Shown here one piece after another: positions 13,288 through 27,424 of a stretch of 64,000 bases of DNA. Position numbers and translations under genes: made by a program. Source of the DNA: Octopus vulgaris (Eukaryota); contig OX597815.1 in assembly GCA_951406725.2 (NCBI GenBank), positions 91,078,001-91,142,000 on the forward strand. Direction: 5' to 3'. The stretch's first letter is position 1. Each line of letters opens with the position of its first letter. The notes beneath the pieces are model-generated. The model was not told the origin of the DNA. It ran no database searches and saw only the letters and a list, made by a program, of their open reading frames with translations.

Positions 13288-13960
13288 AATAGCAACAACT
13301 TACCATTTCCGGGTTGTCTCCCCTAGTCTGGGAGAGAGAGAGAGAGTTCTCTCACTGAGATCCTGAATATCAGATTCTTCACCAGGACCTGAAAACTTGC
13401 CTAATCTCAAAAACTTTTTACCATATAATACTTGCTTACGCATTCCATGACCATTTCCATCGTTCTCTACTTATGTATATGTGTGCGTATGTATGTGTGC
13501 GTTTATATGTGTGCGTGTGTATAGCAGTGTTATGCACGTATTTTTATATTTGTGTGGAAAAATACTTGAATCTCTCAACTCGCTATTTGTTCATTACTAT
13601 ATGCAACATAATTATCTATGTATCAAAACCGAGTCAAAAGCAGAAAATATTTTTGTAGTAAACGACTGTCTGGAATTTGCAGATATCATGAGGGAATGAA
13701 GTAATATTGCAAAACTGAAAAATCGTGCATATAATTATAATAACATATTCATGTGTGTGTCTGTATATGTGTGTGTATGCGAGCATGTGTGTATGTGTGT
13801 TTGTGTGTGTTCGTGTACCATTTTGTAGACGTCAGCAATAAGAGTCGAGTTACGAAGAAGCAATCTCTGTATAAAATAACAATTATATAACTATATTGTA
13901 TGCTTTATTCTAAATGAGTACGTTTACCTCTAATCTATATACTCAAAAGTGTACGTATAT

Positions 13961-14032
<72 letters not shown>

Positions 14033-14110
14033 CATATATATATATACAACCTATATTGTATATATATATATATATATATATATACATACATACATATATA
14101 TATATATCTT

Positions 14111-14204
<94 letters not shown>

Positions 14205-14360
14205 AGGTATATAGATTTGTAAATATTAAAATGTTTATAGAAATTTATCTGCTCACGATGTATAAGAACATCCTATAGTCTGGTCGATCACGTGATCACG
14301 TGGTAACTGTGTGTGTATGTTACGTACGTACGTATGTATGTATGTATGTATGTATGTATG

Positions 14361-15056
14361 TTCCTTTGTATTTTAACTTACTTAATTTCTTCCTTTGAAG
14401 AAGGAGCTGTTTTCTAACAAAGATACAAAACTCCATCGTTGGAATGTTGATAACGAAAATATATCCCATTTTAAACCTGAGAAAAGTCATGCATAGCTTT
14501 ACAGTTCCGCTTATAGATTGTATTTGTAATACACGAATCAGTAGATTGATTTTTTTTCCTGAAACTCCAAGCTTATCCAGACTGACAGTTAGGCATTTAC
14601 TTAAAAAATCAAGTGCACCATTTATTTTTGGTATGAATGTAAATTTGTAATCCGAATTTGTAATCTGGAGGTTTCGAAGCAGTTGTCCATATCTTCTTTC
14701 TCTTTGATTTTCAGAGATATTCACGTCAGCAGGACAGCTGACCTCTAAGACGGCACAGACTTTCTCTTGTCACTCCCAAACAACAATTTCCGGCAAGTTA
14801 TGCTTACACTTGACAGTGTTGATATTTCTGTACGTATTCAATAAGAAGGGATTCTCCATATTCCAGGACAGTCTTTTTTCTGAAAGGCATTGTACATTGC
14901 TTTTGCGACAACGTCGTGTCGCATAGGTAGGTAGTACCTTCATCAAATTTTTGAGCAGCAGCTAATCAAATGTGTGATGTCTTCCACAGAAATATGACAT
15001 AATCTACATTTTCGGTTACATCTTGGAGCTCCAACGGCTTCACTGTCTCTTTTCTT
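14361..15056 (-). mobile_element. R4/Dong-like non-LTR retrotransposon 3' fragment (CCHC knuckle and restriction-like endonuclease)
   Basis: KCRLCHISVEDITHLISCC, RYYLPMRHDVVAK, KHNLPEIVVW, VLEVSCPADVNI, RYGQLLRNLQ, FIPKINGALD; (TATG)n on both sides. Confidence 0.8.
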
Positions 15057-16389
15057 GTATGTATGTATGTATGTATGTATGTATGTATGTATGTATGTAT
15101 GTATGTATGTATGTATGTATGTGTGTATGTATGTATTATGCATTCTGAGTTTTACGCAACAGCATTTTGACACGCTTCGGTGTAACGTTAGGGAATAATC
15201 AGTTTTAATTGTTATGATTTATTCTTCAATAGATAATGACAATCTGTTCTTATATTTATAGAGATACACACACGTGCACGTATTGTCACACATGCACATA
15301 CTTATGCATGTATGCATTTACGTATATATGTATTTGTGTATGTACGTATATGTGTATGTGTTTATATATATTCTTTTGGTACGCTAATTGCTGATGCCAT
15401 TTAACCTGTATTGTAAGAATGCGCATTTGTATATTTTTATACTTGAGTTTTATATATATATATTGCTTCAAGATTATACAGGAAAGAGGATTTTCCATCT
15501 AACTTCGAGATCAGCTTAAAACTTTTAAACATTACAAGTTTCATTAATTTAAATAAGTTTGTTTAACATTTATTTCAATACCAGAATTTAGCCCTTTTAG
15601 CAACTTTCCAATACTCTGGTCGTGTAAAGTATAATTTGTAAATGCTAAAGCTTTTAGTTGTTGTAAATGGCAACATATACAAACAGCAGAACCATAGAGT
15701 TTCTTAGCAAGATATTTTGGATGGTTAAAAGGAGTTCACAGTTAAGTAAACAAACTTAGTTTCATATATTTTGTCTTTTTGCCGGGAATTTTTTTGTAAT
15801 TATTCTTTTATTTTGTAACGTTTTCTTTTCTTTTATTCACGTTACTTTAGATTTTCAGTGTTATTTCTTTACTATCATGTTTAAGGAAAACTTTTCCTTT
15901 ATATTTAGTTTTTTAAAACGAATTTTTTTTCAACTTCACGTAAAATGTTCATATAAATTCTATTGGATATAAAAATTAAGAGAGAGTCGAATCAAGGAGG
16001 AAATGGAAATGCTGAATCTATGAAAATCCAAAGTTGTTTTTGTGTTTTTGGGTTTGGGGATTTGGTTTTAGTGGGGTTTTTTTTTTCATTTTTTTATTCT
16101 ATTTTTCCTGTAATTCAAACAAGTTGATGTGGAGAGTAGTTTCGTTCCCGAAGAAAATTAAGAGGAAGATTTTCCATTACCACGATTGAATGTTAGCTAA
16201 ACCCTTACAGCGGAAATTACTTTGAAATATGTGTGTGTGTGTGTGTTTGTGTGTGTGTGTTTGTGTGTGTATGTGTGTGTGTGTGTTTGTGTGTTAATGT
16301 GTATGTATAAATGTGTATATGCATATGTATATATATTTTAATGTGTGGGTGTGTATGCGTACGATGTAAATACGGATTCACGCATGTGT

Positions 16390-16421
<32 letters not shown>

Positions 16422-16437
16422 CTTTTTATATACCCAC

Positions 16438-16541
16438 ATCCATCCATCCATACATACATACATACATACATACATACATACATACATACATACATACATA
16501 CATACATACATGCATACATGCATGCATACATTCATACATAC
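16438..16541. repeat. (CATC)/(CATA)n tetranucleotide microsatellite
   Basis: Direct observation. Confidence 0.9.
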
Positions 16542-18296
16542 ACACTTGTAACGGTGTGCATTTAATATAGTAAAAGAGAACTATAAGATCTATCCTAATA
16601 TTACCCTCGAGGTCATTATGTTGAAACCACTACTTGTGACTAAAGTAATACTGGAACCCCTACTTCTATGCTATTTAATGCAAGCAAGCAATATTTCACC
16701 TCTTATTGTTGTTATTATTTTCTTTTTATTGATATTTCTGATTTGAAGGCTCTATATTAAAAAAAATTGCATTGTTATATAAGAATGTCATGGAAGGTAT
16801 TTAGTGGCTGACATAATTCTACTCCTTACGAAATATAAATACCGGGCGTATACTAAAGTCAGTCAATTTCTCACTGAACAACCACGTAGTAACACAATGT
16901 TACGGTGTTGCTGTGTCTAATATTATCATATGTTATTCACGATAATGACAATACCAGTTGCTGGCCAGAATATATGCAGTGGCTTTATTCTTAAGACAGA
17001 TGGTGGTCCATACTTTGTCGAGCTTTGTCTTTAAACAATTGAAAAATATATATTGTTACACTTTAGTTAGAGGGAGAAGTATAGTTGGGGAGGGAGGAGA
17101 GGAAAATTTATACAGGAAAAAAAAAAACAGCACATATATTGCCCAGATTGGAAACAGAAGCACTGCGTTCAAAACAGAGACCGGAATTTTTGAAATAATG
17201 AACTTCGCTGAAGACATTTGATGGTAATGTTGCGGATGTTAAACTGAAACTTCAAGCTTATACCGCATATATCTGCTGCGTTGTTTACGATTCAAAATAT
17301 ATTTTGTTGGTTGTTAATATCTGATACTCTGATAGAGCGTGATAGTTTTTGTTTTTTTTTATATCTGAGAACTGGTGAAACCATGGATCTTTGTATTCCA
17401 TATTTTAGGTATTATAAATGTTCTCTAGTTGTTTAGTGGTTATGTTGCATTAGCTGTCCAGTTAAATCTACAGTTTTTCATCCAAGTCAGCTAGATCTTT
17501 TACATTAATGTGATGCATTTTTTGGATAAACTATTAACCGAATCCTTTTATCCTTGTTCATCATTTCCATTGGGTTAACTATTTGTGTTGATATGCCGTC
17601 GTTTTACATTTCAACTCTTAATAATCTTGTCCAATTTTGTCATTTGTATTGCTGATTAATTTGTTAAACTTTCATATCATAATATTCCACATTAGTAAAT
17701 GACAGATTTTCTTTTCAGTCGGGGAAGTAGCGTGCAAGATTGATATCTGTTTTCATAAATTATTCTGTCATTCAATATTCTGATGTGTCTGGGAGAGTCA
17801 AAAATAAGAAAAAAGTGGAAATTTTACCGGTGAGTGTGTTATATTATAAGGCACTAAAAGAAAATGACTCTCCCCAGACACAACAGAATATGCTTCAACA
17901 CACGAACTCATATAAAGAATCTTGCAAACCAAATCCAAAAACGAAATGTCATTCCATAGTTTCCTGCCTTCTACTTTAACTAGGAATGCATAAAAAATGG
18001 ATGTCTGATGTTATTTTCCCCATATATGTGTATATATAATAGGTAACGATTTTTAGCTGATATCTAGCATTGCCATTTAGTTTAACTAATTTTGTATACA
18101 AATACTTCATAAAAGTATGTTTTTATTATTTCTACTATCCGTTTATACTACTTTTTTCAAAGCTTTCATTCGCACAGAACAAAATTTAAACAGAAGGAAC
18201 CGTAAATTTAACGAGTTCTTTGTAAGTTACAGATCTGAGTTCAAGTTCTTTTGCCTGAAGAAGGCTCAAAGAAATCATTATATTGTATTTCTCCCT

Positions 18297-18515
18297 ATGG
18301 CGACGAGCTGGCAGAATCGTTACCACGCCGGACAAATTCTCCGCGGCAGTCCGTCTGTCTTTACCTTCTGGGTTCAAATTACGCCGAGGTCGACTTTGCC
18401 TTTCACCCTTTCTGGGTCGATAAATTAAGTACCAGTTGAGCACTGAGATCGATGTAATCGACTTACCCCTCCCCCAAAATTTCAGGCCTTCTGCCTATAT
18501 TAAAAAAGATTATAT
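18297..18515 (+). mobile_element. Deu/Nin-like SINE, full length, alternative tail
   Basis: Head GGCGACGAGCTGGCAGAATCGTTA, core GTCGACTTTGCCTTTCACCCTTTC, tail CCCCCAAAATTTCAGGCCTT. Confidence 0.85.
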
Positions 18516-18608
18516 TGTATTTCTCGCTTGAAATCTCTTTTATAATATGCCAATAAAATCGGGGTTTGAAACACAACACACATTTATCATCATGGTTCAA
18601 GATTAGAA

Positions 18609-18661
<53 letters not shown>

Positions 18662-19235
18662 GTGATAATAAAAAAACTCTCCGCTTATTTTGTTGGGTAT
18701 GATAAAAGTGTCAGCTGTCCACAGCCAGCAGATTAAGGTGACACTTATTTACTGGTCGTGCTTCAAGAACCCTGCGAAGAATTCTTACAGTTCCAAGCAA
18801 TGTTGATTTTTGTAGGTGCTCTACCTTTACATTTGTACCAATCTTTTTGAGCCATGCTGGTAGTTGAGTGCTGATACTTCTAAGTGTGCCAATTACTATT
18901 GGTATCACGTCTACTCACCTCATTGACCACAACCTTCGTATTTCGCACTTCGAATCGTCGTAGTTGTTCAGTTTTTTCTTCTTCTTTCACTTTGATCCTG
19001 TCATCACCGGGACATACTATATCAATTATCATGCATCTTCTTTCTTTTTTTTTCTCTTTTTACCTTAACAATATCTGGTTTCCGATATCTGCTCAGGTGA
19101 TCACACTGAATCATTGCAACCCACAGCATTTTGTAATTTTCATTCTCGGTGACGCCTAGGATTTTCTCATACCGCGTCTTTGCTCTTTGTAGGCCGTGAT
19201 TTCCACAGAGCTTCCAATGGATCATCACCATCATT
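18662..19235 (-). mobile_element. Dong/R4-clade non-LTR retrotransposon 3' fragment (REL endonuclease)
   Basis: IHWKLCGNHGL...ENENYKMLW...IQCDHLSRYRKPDIV, IVCPGDDRIKVKEEEK, VIPIVIGTLRSI, EHLQKSTLLGTVRILRRVL; flanked by (TTA)n at 18610-18661 and (TTA)/(CTA)n at 19240-19327. Confidence 0.9.
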
Positions 19236-19255
19236 ATTTTTATTATTATTATTAT

Positions 19256-19308
<53 letters not shown>

Positions 19309-19331
19309 TTATTATTATTATTATTATATCA

Positions 19332-19447
19332 AGGCTGAGGCTGGCAGAATCGTTAGAACGTCGGGAGAAATGCTTAGTGGTATTTCGTCTCTCGTTACGT
19401 TGTAAGTTCAAATTACGCCGTGGCCGACTTTGCCTTTCATCCTTTCA
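19332..19447 (+). mobile_element. Deu/Nin-like SINE 5' half
   Basis: Head and core up to GCCTTTCATCCTTTC, then an abrupt switch into hAT sequence. Confidence 0.8.
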
Positions 19448-21310
19448 CAGCTATTAGTGAGTCTGCTAAACTGGTAAAAAAAACGGCATAACAAAGCAGC
19501 TGAAGAAAATTGACAATATTTACAGCAGTTAACAAATGCAGTGTTATACCTGTGTAAACAAGAGTTGCCTTTCCATGGAGATGATGAAGGAAGTCACAGC
19601 CTTAATAGAGGAAATTACCGTGAACTATTGCAGTGCTTTGCTGAAATCGACGGCGTGTTTGCTTAGAAACAGTTTTCAGGAGTTTCAAGCACAAAGCAAA
19701 ATGACCTAATACAAGCGATTGGAAATATCATCTCTCATGAAATTAGAAGTGAAGTTGATACAGTTCCATGTCTGTAAAAGCCGACGAAACTACGGACTCT
19801 GCAATGCCTGCCCAAGTGTCGATCATAATAAGATATGTATATGAAGACAAAACATGTGAACAATTTCTTGGATTCTATGAAGTCAGTGATGATTAAAGAG
19901 CTACAAGACTGGCTGATGCGATCGCAGCTGCGTTGAACTCTTGCAGTGACGCTACAGATAAATTACTGTATCAGACTTACGACGGAGCAGCTGTAACGGC
20001 AGGAACGCTAAACGGAGTACAAAGCAAGCTAAGGGATAAAGGATTTAAACACGCACAGTTCAATCACTGCTATGCGCATAAACTCACCTTAGTTTTGAGT
20101 AAAAGTGTCGAGAAGGTGAGTGGAGTAAAAAACTTTTTTCTCTCATTTAAGCGCATTTAGTAAATTTACATTTTCCACTACCAGGCGGAAAAACGTTTTC
20201 AGGCAGTTTAATGTCAGTATTCCATCACTGTGCGAAACAAGATGTGTCATTCATAAAACTATTGCATGAAAACTTGAAAAATGCCTTCACAAGTATTCTA
20301 GGCTCTCTTGACAAGTGGGATGAAGATGCACTTTGTCAAACAGACAATCCATTGGCAAAGCTGAATGATTTCACATTCATGTTTTTCATCATTTGCTTTC
20401 ATAACATACTTTTTTCAGGCTGGAAAAGTCTTTGATATCCTACAGTGTAAGCTACTTGACATAAAGCATGGTCACAGTAAACTAAATGACTTCATTCATT
20501 GTGCTAAAGGTTATTGTAAGGACGAACATTATGAAAGCATTCTGCGTGATACAGCTGTTGTCATTGAACAGGCAGATGATTCCGATCCTCCAGAGATACA
20601 CAAATTAATTACAAAACTACCTATTTTGAAATAATTGATAAAATTCTAATGTCATTACGAGAGAGATATTCTGGCATTCAGGAGTATGCATTTTTTTAAT
20701 TACTAGACGTTGATAAGTTTGAAGAGCTTGCTAACTCATTTCTCATGCAACATATGAACTCCCTAGAAAACAAGTATCCCTGTATTTTTGACCGTAAGAG
20801 CTTTGTGAACGAGCTAAAATATATGTAAATTGACAGAGATTTTAAAACGTCTAAATCAACTGACACCTCCTTTTTAGAATTACTGTATAAATTAGAGTTG
20901 ACTTCCTCTGTGCCGGAATCCTAATTAAGTTAGTGCTGACCATCCCCTTAACGTTAGTCGCTAATGAGAGAAATTTCTCAATGTTGGATAGAATCCGCTC
21001 ATATCAGAGAAACACAACGGCTGTCTTCACTGGCTCGTATTTCCATCGAGAAAAGTATTTTGATCGACTTGGACAAGAGGCTGTATGACAGGATATTACA
21101 CGAGTTTGCCAGCAAACCAAGGTGACTGGAGTTCATGTATAAATGAAGTGAGTAATTTTTATATTAAAATTATATTTCTGTCTTATTGTTAAATTATCAG
21201 TGCACATATAAGTCTGCGGTATGCATTAGGTCTCTTACCTTCTTTTACACATGTCTTATGCGAAATCTGTGCTGAGCCCATGTGACGCTGATGACCTGGA
21301 GTCGCCTCTG
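19448..21310 (+). pseudogene. hAT transposase pseudogene (Tip100/ZMYM1-like), 5' truncated, with right TIR
   Basis: LYLCKQELPFHGDDE...NRGNYRELL, QNDLIQAIG, ADETTD, IIIRYV, QTYDGAAVTAG...GVQ, HCYAHKLTLVL, TIPLTLVANERNFSML, ARISIEK, LEFMYK* (stop near 21146); ends AGTCGCCTCTG at 21310 (TIR-like); multiple stops and frameshifts. Confidence 0.9.
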
Positions 21311-21354
21311 ATATGTGTGTGTTTGTGTGTGTGTGTGTGTCTGTGTCTGTGTCT

Positions 21355-21397
<43 letters not shown>

Positions 21398-21409
21398 TGT
21401 ATCTGTCTG

Positions 21410-21625
21410 TCTGTCTTTGTGTCTGCGATTGTCCCCATCACCGCTTGACAACCGGTATTGGTGTGTTTACTTCCCCTTAATCTAATGGTTCGGCAAAAGA
21501 GACCGATAGAATAAGTACCAGGCTTTACAAAAATAATCCTGGGGTCGATTTATCTGATTAAAGCTCTCCAAGGCGGTGCCCCAGCATGGCCATAGTCAAA
21601 TGAGTGAAAAAGTAAAAGATATAAG
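21410..21625 (+). mobile_element. SINE 3' half (second family, following (GT)n)
   Basis: CACCGCTTGACAACCGG...GGTTCGGCAAAAGAGACCGATAGAATAAGTACC...AAGGCGGTGCCCCAGCATGGCCATAGTCAAATGAGTGAAAAAGTAAAAGATA; related tails at 58550-58812 and 59323-59352. Confidence 0.65.
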
Positions 21626-22689
21626 ATAAATTTTAGTAACAAAATCTCTCTCTCTCTCCCCATCTCCCTTTCCTCTCTCTCTCCATCCCTTTCTCTCTCT
21701 CTCTCTCACTCTCGGCTTGGAATCGAGAACGAACATTTATGGAGAGGGATGTTCATGTTTGTTGCTGGCTTGCCTGCAAGGTAGGTTGAGCATATTGTCC
21801 TTGTTTTTCCTCCTTTTCCTCTTGTCTGTAAGGATGGTTCTGCGGTTTTCTTCAAAGGAGGCTGTTGTAGACAGCAAGCCGTTAGGGGTAATCAATGTGG
21901 CGGGAGCCGAAGGATATTTTAGGGAGTACTTGTACCTCTCCTGTCACGGTGACGAAAGGAGGAGGAAAGGGGGGAATAAGGAGGAGGAGGAAGAGGAGGA
22001 GGGGGAGGAAGGGGAGGAGGAGGGTCACTCCCGTCAATTTCGACGTATAAGTATTTGAAGGAAAGGATTCAAAAAGAAAAACAAAAGAAACTACAGAGAA
22101 AGGAATTCAGTGTGGGTCAATGAAAGAGGCGATCAGGAAAGAATATCATACACGTGTCAGAATGGTACTGAATACTGAGCTGAACTCCCACAGGAGCACA
22201 GATGAAGGGGATATCACAAGATCAGATAATTTGTGTAGGGATTTACATAAAGGATGGTGGAGACGTTTCTCTTATAGACACAAGGCCTGAAACTTTGAGG
22301 TAGGAAGACAGTCTATTACATTGACCTCAGTACATGACTGGTACTTATTTTATCGAACCCGAAAGGATAAAAGACAAGGTCAACCTAATCGGCGTGCTAA
22401 CGATTCTACCAAATACACACACACACACACACATTCACTCATTCACATATAATCTCTGCCTGACCATAAAGTAACAGAACACAGTGACAACCACCCAGTA
22501 TAGTGTGCCTGCCACTGCAGTACTGCGACTGAACAACCTCGCCCAACAGTCTAAAAATAACAACATCACTCCACGCCAGCTAGTCGTCTACTTGCTAGAG
22601 TGAACTAATGCTTATTGCACATGGCTGTTTGTCGCAAGTTAATCAATAAAGGATTAGGAACAGCTGCGAATTTGTTAGCAATTGCTTGA

Positions 22690-23560
22690 AATAGAGGAAA
22701 ACTTCACAGAGATGTTTTTGAAGCTACAACAGGTCTAGAAGATGATTGTTTGGAGCTTACACAATGTTACCAGTGGGACCAATGTCTTAAATCGGGTCCC
22801 ATCTTGACATCATTCAACGACAATCGATAACGATCCCATTGCAATTGTGCGTATTGTAATCCCAAAATTCGTTATCTGAAGATCCATGAACTTACCGAAA
22901 ACATAGACACCTGTAAAAGTTCGTGAAATATAATACTAAAACCAAAACTAATGAGCCATTATTATTGCCGTAGAATTTTTGCCGTATCTTCTGAAAAATA
23001 AACAAAATGCGAATAGAGTGTCTTTCGGTTGTTGGTGAAAACTGGTTGAAATTGCCATTAAAGTGATGCAATATGGGTGTGCGGCTAAGACGTCAAACAA
23101 AAGGATAATTATCGGAGGTGATTGGGTCATCTTCAGTAGAACCAAAACAAAAAGTAATAGTTGCTCAAATGTGAAACCCTCGTTTATCGTGAGTTCCTCA
23201 CACACACACTTTGTCAGACGATCAATAAATTTTCCTATAGTGTACAGAAGCGTTTGAGATATACAGTGTGAAGCCTGCGGACATGCATTAATATATGCAC
23301 TGTGACAAAGCAACTACTTGTGCCTCACTCCTTGCCTGCGATTTTAGGAAAAAGCACGCGTAGACTATCACCCCACCCTCCAGTCCTCCTACTTTATTTC
23401 CGAAGCAGAAGTCTTTCCTGAAAGTTTATTGATTTCAAAGGAATTAATAAACCGAAGGAATCTTGCGATGAGAATTTTGCACTCCTCTTGAAAACGCATT
23501 CTACGATGTATCCAACATGGAAAGCATTCTAGAAGGGGGATATCAGCAGTAGAGTGACTA
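22690..23560 (+). mobile_element. Possible decayed Helitron Rep/helicase remnant
   Basis: GLEDDC...QWDQCLKS...AYCNPK (cf. LLEDD..WD.CL.EA...YC.P) and KRIIIGGDW (cf. PIF1 helicase ILLGGDF); very degenerate. Confidence 0.35.
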
Positions 23561-23877
23561 TTTTAAGAGGTAACTTTAATTTGTATTTTAAATGTGTATG
23601 TGTGTGTGTTTGTGTATAGTTATATACAGCATATTATAATGACCTACACATATTTCCGCAGCATACTCTTTATTATTATTAATATTAATATATACTCTAG
23701 ACATTTTTTTACCGTCCAGGATAAATACACGGAAATACTCATCGAAAAAATTCGCGGAGTGACTAACAACTAAATGTAGACACAGACGTTAGATACTGAT
23801 CGTTGTGGTTAGCCCTTAACTGGAAGCTAATACGGTATCCACTCGGACAATATATCCCTCCAAACTCACTTTAATAA

Positions 23878-23949
<72 letters not shown>

Positions 23950-25833
23950 TTGCTTTCTCTTTGATCCTACCTCATTGTTTGATCTGAAACTCGCTAAGAA
24001 AGTAGTATCCACTCTTGGCTGATACAATTAATATTGTAATTAATAATAAGCTTTCCTAACAGCACATTGAACTCAGAACTGTGGGTTGTCAAAATACGAG
24101 TGGATATTGTAGTAAAGCTTCTATTTATAGTGTCAAGACCTACATATCCATCCCGTCATGTGGTAGCACACAATTACAAATAGGTGGGCTGATCGACCGA
24201 CAATTAAGTATATTGCTCATGGAAGCAAGAGTGTGCTAGAGAGACGTAACGAATCTCCGACCTCCCCAGTTATTTGTTTGATACCTCATTGATTCGGCCA
24301 TTCGCGGCTCTCAGCTTAATGCAATAATTACATGTGAGATACTGATTCCGCCGACTAGCACCCAATTTGAAAGAAATAGTTATTAGATTATATTCAAATT
24401 ATTTGCAGCAGATTTTAATCAAATCCAAACAGAAAGATGATGTTTTAAGCCCGTAAATTATTCCTCATTTTTCTTCAAGTTTTCCTTCTTCTCCTTCTAC
24501 TTCTCTGTAAAGATTTAATGTCCAAAGCTGATATTTAAACAGTTCTTTGGAAATCTAAAGATCTCTAATTAAGAAAAAGAGAAAAATGAATTCAAGTATC
24601 AGTTTAGATAGCTTTAGTGAATACTTTTATTTAATTTTTCTCGTCTCTTCTTAGCTTTTACGATAAAGATCTATGGTGAGCTTCTGTTTGTGTGGTTTCT
24701 CTTCCAATTTTGATGCCGTAATATGAAACATCGGTCTCTTCCCCCACCCCCACCGCTCCCTCCTTCAATTCAAACACTCTTTACTGAAAGGAAATTGTTT
24801 AAATTGTCTGACTTGAATTTTCATTAAAACTATTCTTGTTGAGAGACTTAAAGTAATTATTGCAATATTTGTTGATTTCTGAACACCAGGACTGTTGTCA
24901 AGTTTAATTACAACATCTAAAGCAAAATTATATCGAAGTTTCATTGAACATGTGTGCACATTTACTTCATTGAATTATTGAGAGATTTTTCTTTTACTGG
25001 GTGAAGAGGTTGGAGAGTGATGGTCAGAAAATATACATCAGATTCTTTTCAGTTTCTCTCTTAGTTATCATTTCACTACTTTGTGGCTTTCATATTAAAC
25101 AAAGTTATCCATTTGATACCCTATGTCTGTGTATTCTATCACACAAACTACTGAAAGATACGGCAGTAATATATATATATATATAATTTTTATTTTTAAA
25201 ACACAAGAAAAATCTATAATTGATTCTAAAAAAAGGATGCCAAAATTATATTAGAATATTTAAATTCTATTGAAAATATTCACAGGTTATTGGAAACACA
25301 TTTATGAATTATTTTTTTTAATTTAATTACATATTAAATTTTTTCATTTAATTAAACTAAGTTAAGATTAAAATGTTAATCATAAATAATTTAACATTAG
25401 ATGAATGAAAAATTTAATCCAATAAAAGTAATTGTCTGCTCATGTAAGGAAAGAGTTCTCCATAATTTTCACTAAAAATAAAACTGAATTCAGGAATATT
25501 GTGCCTCGGCTTTTCACTAAAGAAGTGATATATCGCATTGACTGATGTTAATGGAAACCCCCAGTCAATGTTTAAAAGTAATTATTCACAAGATGAAATT
25601 TGTTTTAGGCTGTTATTCTTTTTTAATACGCATTATCTTCTTCATACGCTTTGTCTTTCTAAGAGTTATTGTTTGTGCTGTTGTTTTACTGCTGTTGCTT
25701 TTTGTTTTTGTAACTCCAGCTACTTTCCTTGTGTAAAGCTTATGGCAGAGAAGATAACTGATCAAAGAATCTTTGTCCTCTTATCTTCAATATACTGTAT
25801 GTGTTGTCTGTGTGCAAATATATACATACATAC

Positions 25834-25900
<67 letters not shown>

Positions 25901-26088
25901 TATTATGTATTATATACGCACAAACACATATGTGTGTATGTGTGTGTGTGTAAATACTATGCAGACAGTCAGGCAGGCAAACACCCGCTCCAGTACTGTT
26001 CCTTCTCCATCAAAAACATTAACATATCACTTCTATATCAATATACCACCAAATTCTTTATATTCATATATATATATATATATATACA

Positions 26089-26183
<95 letters not shown>

Positions 26184-26750
26184 TGTGTTTACGTGTGTAT
26201 ATAATGGGAAAAGCTGCACTTTTCCTAATCAAAAAAATCGTCTGACCTGTAATTTTTAGTTCACATTCTTGTTTGTATTTTTTCCATACCGCATTTCAGT
26301 CTTGGATTTCAACATGTGGTTCCAAATTTAAAGACAGCCGGAAGTTGTTAAACAACCACAATAACACAGACGTCGTCGTCATTGTTGTAGTCGTCATTGT
26401 TGTAGTCGTCATCGCCGTTATCATCGTCGTTGTTGGTGTTGTTTCGGTGTAGGACAGTTCAGACTAATCAGACTTTTGATCAAGAACGTTCCAACTATAA
26501 CCATACAGTCTTTGGCACGAGTGTTGTGCTTCTGGTACAACATTATCCACTGTGGCACTCTTTTCAAGTTAGTGGGTGAGGTGATTTAGTTGGTATTTCT
26601 TAAGTTGGTATTTCTTTAGTTGGTATTTCATGTGATTATATAGAAACCGTGTGGCAAACGATTTATCAAGCTCGAACCACTATCACGCACACACAAACAC
26701 ACACACGCACACTCACACACACACGCGCGCACACACGCACGCACGCGCAC

Positions 26751-26795
26751 ACAGACAGACAGATAAACCGACAGACAGATTGACAGACAGACAGC

Positions 26796-26885
<90 letters not shown>
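26751..26885. repeat. (GACA)/(GATA)n microsatellite
   Basis: Direct observation; similar arrays at 27240-27395, 28200-28440, 32220-32652, 44030-44270 and 62830-62915. Confidence 0.9.
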
Positions 26886-27175
26886 CAAAAATCTATAATT
26901 ATAAGCATAATTATAATTAGGGTTCAGCAAAATTTGCTTCACCACATACCGAAATTTAGAAATAGCAGTTAAATACTATTCCACTACCATAAGATATCTC
27001 CCAGACAGCAATACTCTACAACTCACGCAGGTAAAGAGAAAAAATAACGAATCCACCCGGCTGTCTAGGAGATATCTAATAGTATTTAACTGCTACTTCT
27101 AAATTCGGTATATAGTGTAGCAAATTTTGCTGAATCCGAATTATAATTATGCTTATAATTATAGAATTTTTGTAT
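26883..27175. repeat. Long imperfect inverted repeat (fold-back)
   Basis: Arm 26883-27009 is the reverse complement of 27060-27175 with scattered mismatches and one indel of about 10 nt; 50-nt spacer. Confidence 0.92.
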
Positions 27176-27248
27176 AAGGTTACTGATAATGGTTCTTATT
27201 AATTATTAATTGATTAATTAATTTACCCATAATTATTATAGATAGATT

Positions 27249-27394
<146 letters not shown>

Positions 27395-27424
27395 CTGCTT
27401 GATGGATAGATATATACATAGATA

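Noticed and set aside
17140-17230. Possible AG...GT-bounded exon, also containing CTGAAGA
   Set aside because: Stops occur in the frames I read, the polypyrimidine tract is poor, and no GAAA is positioned for a hammerhead.
21790-22260. Possible minus-strand L2/CR1 relic
   Set aside because: Only a faint motif resemblance, interrupted by purine-rich low-complexity sequence.
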